Origin: Acanthaster planci | Taxonomy: Eukaryota | Assembly (NCBI RefSeq): GCF_001949145.1 | Contig: NW_019091361.1 | Coordinates: forward strand, 3,892,148-3,956,147 | Direction: 5' to 3' | DNA: 64,000 nt | Part shown: one piece after another, positions 1-12,500 of the stretch | How positions within the stretch are numbered: the first letter of the stretch is position 1 | How the letters are laid out: the number at the start of each line of letters is the position of its first letter | The notes under the pieces: generated by a model | The model's database searches: none | The model's input: the letters and a program-made list of their open reading frames with translations, nothing else | What the model was told of the DNA's origin: nothing | Program-made: the position numbers and the translations under genes

Positions 1-506
1 TCCCCCAGGGTTTATGTAAAATCTTATTGAAATCGGAGGATTGAGGACTAGGGCTGTAACATTTAGATATAATTAATCACAAATTTCAAAGTAATCCTCA
101 GAATAAATGGCATTAATTTCTAATGTAAATTTTTCATTGCTTTTATTTTCATTCTCATCAGGTTTACTGAGTTTTCCAGAGTCACGATACTCTAGGAAAA
201 GGGGTCCTCCACTGATTACCACTCAGTCGGATTCTGAACCTTAACTAGCTCTCCCTGATGACACAATTTATTTGGGATTACATTATTTTATGACTCATCA
301 ACAGGCACTTTTTTAAAGCATGGCCGACAACACAGGAGGGCGCTATTCGGAGTGGGTACGTTGGAGTCACCACAAAAGATGCTACCCTACCAAACAGCGC
401 CCTCCAACTGCATCCACCATACTTCTTAATAGCATCACTGATAATATTTCAGTTGGTTGATTCTCACAAGTCATTTCGATTGCACAAAGCTAAGCTTACC
501 TCTCCT

Positions 507-572
507 TTACTGGCAACCATCTTGACAGTAGCCCAGGCTGTTAGTCTCTGCCAAACAGTTGGATTGCTCAAT
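507..572 (-). CDS. semaphorin terminal coding exon
   Basis: caacag|IEQSNCLAETNSLGYCQDGCQ-TAA, phase 0. Confidence 0.6.
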   Translation of the reverse strand: MEQSNCLAETNSLGYCQDGCQ

Positions 573-3500
573 CTGTTGAGAGCCAAATACACAGACAGAT
601 GCATGCACCAGTCGGGTCACACATATTAGCATCTCTAAATGCTGGGCAGGCATGAGATGGAAGATGGCAGAATGTCTGCCCGGCATGAACCAAGTGAGTG
701 CACTCATAGAGTACATGCACATGCTTACGCTTTAGGTGCTGCCGACATAACCGGGGAAAAAATGGACACACCATGGGGGCATTTGCACCAAAAAACCCCT
801 CCAGGCAAACGGATGACCTTTGAAGGACTGAGTAGAAAGGAAACGGAACATAATCGAGACTCGGACACCAATTCTGGAGAACCCAACTAGAACAGTGAAG
901 CTGTCATGGCTAGCCGCTACATTTCTATACATGTCTGTTTCTCTCTTTTGAAACAGTCACCTATTTTGTAATCGATTTGTGATCATTCCTGCAACTTTGC
1001 ACAACTTGTGACTGTAACATTTAAATATTTGATCCAATTTGAGGTAAATATGCAATATGCAGCGCAGCTGACAATTCGATTTTTGTCGACCATTTTCCAA
1101 CGAGGCACTGCGTAAAAGGCCTCTCTGTGGCAACCTCTTGGTGGTGTAATGAATCATGAATGGCCTGTATTGCCCATCCAACTAGAGGTGATGCATTAAT
1201 GCGTCCGCAGAGGGCAAGAGCTTTAACCAGGATAGGCCAAAAAAAGAAACCCTATTGGCCGTCCATTGTAACTAAATTAAATAACATAAACAGCCCCTGA
1301 GACACGGTGGAGATGCAGGCAACTCATAACCTCTAATCAATAGATGTCCACAAACAGACTTACCATGCGGTTTTTCCACTGCTCCAGCTGAAACCTGTAT
1401 AAACTCACTCTGTTGTCAAAATCCTGCACCTCCTCCATGCACACATCTGTTCACAAAAAAAAATGATTTTTAGCAAATATCTTTGTAGTTGTCCCGACAT
1501 AAGGGCCTTTGCTCATGTATCCAAGTCAATAATCTAAAGCAGTTTGTAGTGGCGTATCTGTGCATATGCCCTGGGTCGTTAGGCCTTTACTGCGTTAGAA
1601 AGACCATTCCTTTGGATGGGTGAATTAGGACCGAAATGTAGGGACATTTCTCTGTCCGAAAATCAGTCCCTTCAAAACAGGTGAAATAACATGCATATGT
1701 CCTCACAACTATGGCACATGTGCATGAGTTTTCATTTCCATAGTGCTCCATGAGAGAAACATTCCACTAGAGAGAGAGGGCCGAGTTCCGCCGCCTTTTC
1801 GCTGTTTACATGTCAACCCTTTCCCCAGCTTCTTATCTGTTAAATCCTTTGACCAAACTATTACATGTGATCCTTGAATTCACTGGTACATGCACTACTT
1901 TTGTGTACTGAAACGTGAAGTGTCACACAGGATAGTACAATTTACATGCTACATACAGCACTAACACTTTGAAGGATTAAAGCCAAAGTAGGTTAATCCT
2001 ATAAACACAAGATGAACAGTGTAATCAAACGAACAGGCCCAAAAAGGTAGTGCCTTTTCCGAGTTAGAGCCTCCCAACTCGAAAACTCTCAAGTGGTATG
2101 CGGACAGCATGTCTACTTTTGTCTCAGTATTATGGCTACGGACTAATATTGGCCATGACTAAACTTTGTGAGAGGTAAATAAAAACCTTGATCCAATATA
2201 TAGATATATGTGACAGTCTATTCTACAAGGCCACTTGCATAAAATCACCTGAAGCTGGAGGTGATTCATCGGGGAGTATCTGTGTCATAAGGGTCTCCTT
2301 TGCGGTGATGGTGTTGAAGTCCACGATGCAGCGACAGGAGGACGTGACGTTGACCACGACGGTCACCATCACATGCTCGGTCCTGCCACAGATGCTTCGC
2401 CTGATCGTTGTGTCCTCCACCTTGCAGCTGCAGTTCACGCTGGCAGTCAGGTTGCCGCCCTCGGGGGCCCGTGCGACAAAGTACAAGTTGGTTGAATTGT
2501 TTCTGGGGATCTTCTCAACACAGCGCTCTCCAGGGCATTGGTCACTGAGGCAGTTGCTACACGGCAAGTGTCTGACCACTGAGATGTTGAAGGTGTCTGG
2601 TGGTGGTTCTAGGGTGTGTCAGGCAGAAAACAGAAAAAAACTTCAAGAATAAACAGGAAAACAGTAGAAAGAAAGCTCAAGAGATTCTTTGGTAAGTGTT
2701 ACAAGAAGACACCTACCGTGATGCCCAAGGGTGCAGGGTGTTCATAATCACGAACAGCAGTAGATTCTACTGCAAAGTATGACAATATCACTGGAGGCCT
2801 TTCATGCATAGATTTTTTTCCTATTTTGGAGTGAAAGAATCAGGACTGACCTGGGAAAAGACAGAGTGGGAACTGCATTGGAACAGTTCTGAACAGAAAA
2901 TTAATTCCTATTCTGGAAATGACCAACCATACTCCCTGACAAATGAAAGCACATGTATGGGACAAACCCTCACCACAGTCAGAGATGCATTTCTTTGGAG
3001 ATGTCGCCCTGCAATTGAAATGGGATCAGATTAGTTCTTTTGTCAAACCAAATGCCTCTACAAGATACAACTGTGGTTTAGAAGCCAGCCCTCAAATATC
3101 GTGCACACTTGGCAAAATTATAAAGTTGTTCTATTACTGCTTTCTGAAAATTTTATGTGCCAGAAAGTTACTTTAGCCACTTCCTGCCGAGGGCATTTAT
3201 AAACATTGATTCTGCTGGGCCGGGGTATTTTTCATTTTTTTGTGTTTTCGAAATTTCAAAAATTCATATCTTCATTTACTGGACACTTTAATGAAGGACT
3301 GTCTGGTCTCTACTCTGATCTGACAGACAACATCTCTTGACGCCGGAGTATTTCGGCCAGGCCTGCTGCCTTGTAAAAAGAGCCCAGATTTTGCGGTGTT
3401 ACAAAATTTTCTTTTGTTCCCAAAACTGGCACAGTGCGCTGCTGACGTCCTTGCGATAGGGGCCAGATTAGCATGTAGCTATACTGTGTGGCTCATCGCT

Positions 3501-6500
3501 GCTGCGTTGGAGCGCTTTTGTCCCCGGTGGTAATCACACTAAATGCCCAAAACAGTGGTATACTGTTTCAAAAAAATGCTCGATTATCTTCACTATTGAC
3601 AGTGAAAAAATGTTGGCAATTTCCAGCAGCCTGGTCTTTTGTTACGAGTATGACCTTTTGTTACAAGGCCCAGTTCCCTTTGTCCAATTTCGGGCACCCT
3701 GGCTGTGCATATAAAAAAGACGTGTCCGAAACTGGGCTCCCTGGCAGCAAGTGGTTAAAGGTTGTGATTCTTTCTTCACAGAAAGTATCTTAATACTGGT
3801 AGTTTTACCATAATGTATGAGATTCAGTAGATATTGCAGAAGTTTGTGACTTTCTGGGTTAGGTTTTTGCTCTTGTCATAAAGTTTGAAGGAAGTCCTCC
3901 GTTTATGCAAATGAATGGTTTCACCTCACTGTTGGCAAAGCTCTCTTCTTGACAAGTTCAAGGTTAGCTTCCTAACTAGCTTTTTTTGGTACAGTGATGA
4001 TTATTCTACATGTATATCACATTCCTATTAAGACAATCATTTGAACACTGTTCTTTTCAACAGGGGCCAGATTAGCGTGCAGCAGTGCTGTGTGGCTCAT
4101 CACTGCGGTGGTGGAGCACTTTTGTCCCCGGTGGTAATCCACTCACACTCAATGCCCCAAACAGTGGTATACTGCTTCAAAAAACCTATTGCACACTGTT
4201 CTAACACAATGTGGATGATTTCAAAGACAGGGCACACGAACCGCCCTGTTCATCAAGTGTCTTGCTGTCTTTATGTGTGTCAAAAGAAAAAAGTGAAAAA
4301 TAAAGCATTTTCAGATGTCCAGTAACACACTCTCCTGCTGATAACTTGAAAACTTCCAGGATTTGGAGCCGACGAAATCCGCAAATTGTGAAGTTTTGAA
4401 AATGTGAGAGAGAACTGACCCAGTCCTGGGCACACAGCTGCTGCCATCGCACACACAGTGAGGGTCCTTCTCACAGCCGCAGGTCGTTCTGTTTGAACAA
4501 GCTGCGTCCACTGGCAGCCTATACACACTGTAGTCGGTGCCCACGTATATGGCAGTCTGAGTGGGTTTTTTCACCAGACTCAGGATTGGTGCCTGGGGGG
4601 GGGGACAGTAGGCAAAAAGAATCACTTGGTGGATTTTCATTTCATCGTCGAGCGCTCGTTGCATTTGCCAAAAAACTTGGCAGCACTTGGTAAGTTTTAA
4701 GGAAGACAACTGGTGCCTCGGAAAAGGTTTGTTTGCATTCAACAGTCACAATGTAAACGATTTTCAACCCTCATAGCATCACTGCCAAAAGTCTCACCAC
4801 TAAGCCACTGCAATGCATTGTCCATCATTGCTTTTGTCTTGATCCCCACAACGCAACAGAGAAACAAGGACCTCAATTATAAAGGCCCACTGAAAAAAAG
4901 GGGTCGCCATCAGCATTGTATTCCCATCGAGATTTACACGCCTGCCAATCAGGGGTAACATCAAATAAAGCAATTCCTTAATAACGATATTCAACAGACG
5001 CTGCTTTTAAAGCAGTCACAACATCCCTGGAAAAAGTTCTACACAACCTCTCTCCCAACTAAGGAAGTAAAAATAGTTTTATCCAAACGATGTAGAACGA
5101 CAAGCAAAAACCATCCAATAAAGATTTCGGAGCATCTGATTTAGGTTACGATATTTAAATGAATTTCAAAAAGATGAAGTCCCAAATTTTGGCCATAATG
5201 TAATCCAATAATGCAATGTTTGCGTCTTTGAGCTAGATACTTTACAGCAATTAATCGCCCAAACCAGAGCACAAGCATCCTTTCCTACAGCTAATCTTGT
5301 AAGCTCCATCTTACATGTACCTCTGGGAGTCCCTTCACGTTCAAATCTATCTCCTCTACGAAAAAAGCATTGGAGTTGTTGAGGTAGGCCTTGATGACTG
5401 TCCCTCGCTCTGTCAACAAAACAAGGAATATCAATTCAAGAATATCAAGAATAGTGTTTAAGGTAAGGGAAGCGACGGACAATCTGGATGTTGTATGAGG
5501 TCGATTGGCCAACGCATCCCATGTTCCCATCTTTATTCTTCTCTGTGGGGACGGTAAGATACATGTAGCATCAGGAACCTCGTTATCTAATGTATGGAAG
5601 TTTATAAATTTTACAGGACACTGCCTGAGCTCCATGACTCAAGGTGACGATTGCTGCACAATGTGGTAATCCCTTGGTAAGCATGCATAGTAACGAGGGC
5701 CAAAGTTGAAGAAACTACTTAACTCACAAAGTGGCCGAGGACAGAAAACACATCCTGAACCAAATTTAAACCTGGTTACTGTGCCCCAATGCCACGAGGT
5801 GGGTACATCCTGTGACTAGCTCTAGGCTGTTCTATGCATGCATGCAGTAATGCAGCTCTATGCATGCATGCACAGTACTTGCGACATATCCTTGTGATAG
5901 TTTTCCCCTGTCTACAGGCACAAGCATGGGTGGAACCCATTAACTCTCTTATGTTCTTTTTAATAACAGCACAGATATGCACAAATGCCAGCAGTCACTC
6001 TTTGGCATGTGTTTTCTATATGGAATACAAATAGGCACAGGTTCAGTGTGTATACAGTTGGTTGCCAGTACATAATGACACAAGCTCTTTTGTGCAGTCC
6101 TCTTCACTGCATTTGGTTTACTGCACAATTATGCACATGAAAAAGAGAGGCACAGTACAGTTGTTGGACAGCACAAAAGTGCAATCTGATATTCCTGTGA
6201 GAGATAGTTTGGCAGCTACATGCATATGACACATCTGTGCATCTTTGTGAGGCTTACCAACTCATACAAAGAGTGACTTCAGCACAGAAAGGTTAATGCT
6301 GCGTGTCAACAGCACTGACCTTAATGCTTCATGTATTAAACTTGCTTATTACCAATCATCTTTCCCAAAAGTTTAATTATTCCTGCTGTTGGTCAGTGCA
6401 AAGGTAAGTTGTTTCACGGCCAAGAGACTCACCTGTACCAAGGAACATTACATCAAAGCTGTTTGCGACAGTATCGACTACAATCTGCGATAGGCGCAAC

Positions 6501-9500
6501 TCGTCAACCACAAAGAGTGGCGCATCAGATGGTCTCAAGTAGTTGCTGGAGCCATCCTTGTAGTTCAATTTGTTGGGGACGGGCAGATTCATTAATGGGT
6601 AATTCAACAGGATTTTCTGTTGTTCATCATCGGGTGAAAACTGAGGCAGTTCGCTGCACTAGAAGGGAATAAAATGATTGTACCATAGCTAGAATAGACA
6701 CCCTACCAGCAGACAGCTAATTTTACATTGCTTAGAGTTTCACACACTGGTTTAAAAAAAAGTGTAAATCTTGTGAAATATTCAATGCACTGCCCCCCCA
6801 ATTGACCCTCCCCCTCCCCCGGGGTTGCTTACCTAGGCCCTAGCTTCCCTCCCCCCCCCACCCAGTCAAACATCTTAAGCAAACCGTGAGTAGCAGTGTG
6901 TGCATATGCCTTATTCACTGTCTGCGTGGTGCACCTCCGCTTCTATACGGGCGATTCACAAGACTGCACCACCAAGAGTTTGCAACACGCTGACCAATCA
7001 TAACGTGCGAAATTTGTCGACCATTTTCAAACGTGCATTGGGTCGCCAAATTTCACGCACTGTGATTAGCCAACGCGTTGCAAACTCTTGGTGGCGCACT
7101 ATTGTGAAATGGCTGTATCCTGTCTGTCGTGCATTCAATCTTATCTGTTGTAGAACCATTAAGGAGACCTCGGACAGACTGCCCCAGTGAAATAACTCTT
7201 ATGCGGTATATTAATACATGTGCCTACTCATGTTGAACTTAATGTATTACTCATTTTTAAGTTTTATGTATCTTCGTCTCACTAGATAAGTCAAAACTGC
7301 CCTGAGGTTAAGTTAATAGAGGGCGTTTTCCAAATCCAGTTTTTAAAAATTATTATTATTACTGAGTTATTATGTTCATTCAGAAAAATAAAAAATTCAG
7401 CACAGCAGATCAGCAGAGGATCAGAAACACTCTGGACTGCATTCAACAGTGTTTTTTCTTTCATTATAAAAGAATGAACTCCCTGTATGATCAGTGACCA
7501 GTCTTTTGACTTAGGCTCGTCACAGGAAGTGCCTTAACTCTTACTTTCTGTCTTCCCTTCAGTGCACCAGAAGAAGCTGTATATCAGACAGCTTATGCTT
7601 CTGTTTAATTTTAATGTGCCATGGTTTCTGTACAATGTTGCGATTATTTCCTGATCTCAGATGCACTGGATTTAGACTTACGTGTACTTGAATTAAAGCA
7701 TACTGAGGAACTTATCCAAATTGCTCCAGTGCTTGGAATATTCCAGGTGTAGTCTTTTCTTAGATTACATGCACATACAAATATCAGCAAAAATCACATG
7801 ACAAGTGGACTTGTTAATCAAGCTATCACTAGACTAGTTGTTTTCAGCTCAGCCTGACTGTTCAGTGGCTAAAGCAACAGTGCAATTTATAATGAGGTTG
7901 TATGACAGCATTTTGTTGGCCTCACATTTTGTCGCAAACTGGTGTGAGGTCAATGCACATTTTGCCAAAGAAAACCTGAGGCATCCTCGGGCTTTGCTTC
8001 GAGAGTGTGCCGGGTGAGTGCACTTGCTCCGGCGAAGAAAAACCTCCCATCGGCCAATGAGTGTTCATCTTAACCCGGAGCAGACGACACGGCATTTTTA
8101 ATACCAGTGTCCCACTTCAAGTAAGTGGCAATTGTTACATGCCATCCATCAGGGAAACCCATCTGTCAGCAGCTGAAGATCAACTTTGTTATTGAACAAG
8201 ACTCTCACCTTAAACAGTTTGGAGAAGTTTGCAGGTTTGTCAGCATCATCCAGAGCCGTCCACAGGAATCCATCCTGAGGCTGTCCTCTCTGCTCTCCTT
8301 GGTCAAACAGCTGCTCAATTTCATTCACATCATAGGCGCACACAGCAGAGCTTGCAACGCCAACCCTGATCATTAACAAAGCAAGTGAATTATATGGACA
8401 CCATGACTGAGTCGGGCACTAAGCATGAGACTTGTGCATTTGAGATTATTTCAACACTTTGAACTCCCCCCCGTCCAATAAAGAGGTAGCCTCAGGCTTT
8501 CCCCTGGGGAACTGATATGTTTGAGGTGGTCGAACAAATTTTGCCTGAAACAAAAGCGAGTATGTTATAAAAGGCCTCAGATAAATTCTATGTGGTCTAA
8601 TAGTACATTTACCCCAAATTTCCCTTCTAAAATAAATCGATCTTGTATTCTCTGTCCCTCTTTATCATTCTGAATGATTTGAAACTGATCTATTTCAAAA
8701 TATCTCAGTTATTTTGCTATTTCCTTCGATCTTTGTCTATTTTAAGTGTGAGGTGGTAAATTCAACCGAAAAAGCCTGACCTAGTCACTAATCTCGGTGA
8801 GGTAGGCTGCCTCACAGTCGAATATGCAGGGAAAACCCTGAATAGCCTTATACATGTAATTTGCACGACTGCAGACACATGTACCAATCACCCCGCCTTT
8901 CGCATACAATGGGATAACTTTCGTGTCAAAAATGTAATCACCCAATGCGTCAAACCTCACTCCTCTCAATTCGCTTGATAGATGGGGCTGGAAGTGGCTG
9001 AAATGTCAATTTTTAGCTCCATTGATTGAACATTTTTTTTGTGCTGTGGACTGCCCTTGTTTTAAATTATGGAGTAGTGTCATAAGAATTTGAATTATAA
9101 AGGCTGTTTGGCCTTTCCTTTGACTGTGAATTTGACATTGTAGATATGTAAACTTAAGGTGAGCTTAGGTAAAAATACACCAGTCGTGCCAGTATGCTTT
9201 CTACAAAATGCCTGTTCTCTACACAACCATCTGGCCTTCCATTCGACCTTTAATTTGACCTTGTTGATCACATGACCTAGAAGTGAGTTCGGGCAAAATG
9301 TTACATTCCAGCATGTTTTCTGCAAAATATCTCAAAACTGAAGACGTAATCTTTCTTTCCCTTTTTCCGGAGCTCCTATAAGTTGACATGCTTATTGCCG
9401 AAGTGCAATATTCAAAAGCAGTGTATATGTACTATCTACATGTACAGTATGTATGTGTATAGCGTTAGTTATTTGGAGAAGAGCTCAACCAAACTGCTGT

Positions 9501-12500
9501 TTGAGTTAGAGCTGACGTTTGGCACATGAAACAGCCGCATAGTCAAGCAAGCTTGAACAGCTTTGAATGAGTGGAGGACTCGTGGGTGGCAAAATGTTTT
9601 CTCCGAAAAAATTGATCAAGTTCGAGATACATGCTGAAATAAACCACTCACCTTGGAGTTGTGAACACAGCAAAAATGGTCGTGTCTAACTTGTACATCC
9701 CCTCTGCAAAAAAATTGGAGAATTCGACAATTTCTTCGACAGGTTTGACAGAAGAAAACTTGGCAACCAAATATGAGGCCTAACTGAAAATACTGCTTGA
9801 AGACAACTTGGGAAATTAAGATAAGTATTTAAATTTCAAGTTAGGTGCAGCACTTTTCCCAAAGAAACCTTTCAGATTTTTCTGCAATAAATGGACAGAG
9901 AATAGCCAGCTAGGTGGAAAAACATTGAGAGCGAGTGGATTACCACCNGCAAGTGAATTACACCGACACCATGACTAGCTGCGTTGGGCACTAAGCATGA
10001 GACTCATGCATTTGAGATTATTTCAACACTTTAAACTCCCCCCCCCCCCGTCCAATAAAGAGGTAGCCTCAGGCTTTCCCCTGGGGTACTGATATGTTTG
10101 AGGTGGTCGAACAAATTTTGCCTAAAACAAAAGCGAGTATGTTATAAAAGGCCTCAGATAAATTCTATATGGTCTTATAGTACATTTACCCCAAATTTCC
10201 CTTCTAAAATAAATCGATCTTGTATTCTCTGTCCCTCTTTACCATTCTGAATGATTTGAAACTAATCTATTTCCAAATATTTCAGTTATTTTGCAATTTC
10301 CTTCCATCTTTGTCTATTTTAAGTGAAAAAGCCTGACGTAGTCACTAATCTCGGTGGGGTAGGCTGCCTCACAGTTGAATAGGCAGGAAAAACATTGAAT
10401 AGCGTTATAATTTGCACAACTGCAGACACATGTCCCAATCACTCCGCCATTCCCATAGAATGGGATAACTTTCGTGTCAAAAATGTAATCACCCAATGTG
10501 TCAAACCTCACTCCTCTTGATTCGCTTGATAGATGGGGCTGGAAGTGGCTGAAATGTCAATTTTTAGCTCCATTGATTGAACATTTTTTTGTGCTGTGGA
10601 CTGCCCTTGTTTTAAATTATGGAGTGATGTCAGAAGAATTTGAATTATAAAGGCTGTTTGGCCTTTCTTTGACTGTGAATTTGACAATGTAGATATGTGA
10701 ACTTGAGGTGAGCTTAGGTAAAAATACACCAGTCATGCCAGTATGCTTTCTACAAAATGAATATTTTCTACACGACCATCTGGCCTTCCGTTCGACCTTT
10801 AATTTGACCTTGTTGATCACATGACCTAGAGGTGAGCTCGGGCAAAATGTTACATTCCAGCGTGTTTTCTGCAAAATATCTAAAAACTGAAGATGTAATC
10901 ATTCTTTCTTTCACTTTTTCCGGAGCTCCTTGAAGTTGACATGCTTATTGCCGAAATGCGATATTCAAAAGCCGTGTATATGTACGATCTACATGTACAG
11001 TATGTATGTATGTGTATAGCATTGGGATTTCGAGCTCCAAACTTTCAGGTGATTTTCAACGCAGAATGACCCCGCTATGGGGCACCATGTTTTGCACATT
11101 TTCTATAAAGCTCATTTTAGAATATCTTAATAGTTTGAAATATAATCCCACTTTAATAGAATGCAATATTGGGTCATTTGGAGAAGAGCTCGATCAAACA
11201 GCTGTGGAGTTAGAGCTGACGTTTGGCACATGAAACAGCCGCATAGTCAAGCAAGCTTGAACAGCTTTGAATGTGTGGAGGACTCGTGGGTGGCAAAATG
11301 TTTGCTCTGAAAAAATGGATCAAGTTCGAGATACATGCTGAAATGAACCACTCACCTTGGAGTTGTGAACACAGCAAAAATGGTCGTGTCTAACTTGTAC
11401 ATCCCCTCTGCAAAAAAACATGGAGAATTCGACAATTTCTTTGACAGGTTTGACAGAAGAAAACTTGGCAGCCAAATATGAGGCCTAACTGAAAATACTG
11501 CTTGAAGACAACTTGGGAAATTAAGATAAGTATTTAAATTTCAAGTTAGGTGCAGCAGTTCTTTTAATTTTTAAAGGCCACTTTTCCCAAAGAAACCTTT
11601 TAGATTTTTCTGCAATAAATGGACAGAGAATAGCCAGCTGTGTTGCAAAACATTGAGAGCGAGTGGATTACCACCNNNNNNNNNNNNNNNNNNNNNNNNN
11701 NNNNNNNNNNNNNNNNNNNNNNNNNNNNNNNNNNNNNNNNNNNNNNNNNNNNNNNNNNNNNNNNNNNNNNNNNNNNNNNNNNNNNNNNNNNNNNNNNNNN
11801 NNNNNNNNNNNNNNNNNNNNNNNNNNNNNNNNNNNNNNNNNNNNNNNNNNNNNNNNNNNNNNNNNNNNNNNNNNNNNNNNNNNNNNNNNNNNNNNNNNNN
11901 AGTAGTGCCTAAAGATTACTTCGTGCGGCTATAAACGACCGTTAAATGAAATAATGACTTTTTGAAGGATTTCGAAAAACGGAAAAAATGATAGTCATGC
12001 CGGCCCAGCATCATCAACATTGAAAAATGCCCTGGCATGAAGTGGTTAAGGCTTTGGTGAAATGACCACTAGCATAAACAACCGACTGACAAGCAGCCGT
12101 CTTACGGGTGCATGTTGAGCTTCCACAAGACATGTCACTTACGGATTTCATTGTAATAAAATTCTGAGTTGTCTGTCTTAAGAGAGCAGTCCAGCCTTGC
12201 TTTCTTAAAGGTGACGAAGTCCCCATCCAGAGTTGTGAATTCTGCTCCCCCGGTATCATTCTGAAATATTCCAGGACACAGAAAATAATTCCCAAATGAC
12301 TCAAAGTCATTAGAACGGCGATGACAGCATTCATAGCTTCTTCTTGCCAACGTTCGAAACAATGTTGTTATGTACATAACTATAGAATGTCCTCCACACC
12401 CCTTCAGTATTAACTGTGTGTCTGTGTGTGTATGAACTAATAATGATACAATCTTGTTGCACACGGTCCAATTTTATCGTAAATTAAATTCTGAGCTTCT

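Larger units (their letters stand above)
8381..11675. repeat. Direct duplication 8381-9947 / 9949-11675 joined by a single N
   Basis: Both copies start GCAAGTGAATTA and end GAGTGGATTACCACC, with scattered substitutions and indels. Confidence 0.9.

Noticed and set aside
2188..2652. 154-aa plus-strand ORF (and similar plus ORFs at 29554-30103, 47940-48284)
   Set aside because: Antisense shadows of GC-rich minus-strand exons.
2717..2769. Candidate semaphorin exon (ESTAVRDYEHPAPLGIT)
   Set aside because: Its best splice sites give phases incompatible with the neighbouring exons; the 2974-3008 micro-exon already resolves the frame.
11640..11934. ORFs running through N gaps (also 14846-15257, 49324-49896, 61217-61750)
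   Set aside because: Artefacts of undetermined bases.
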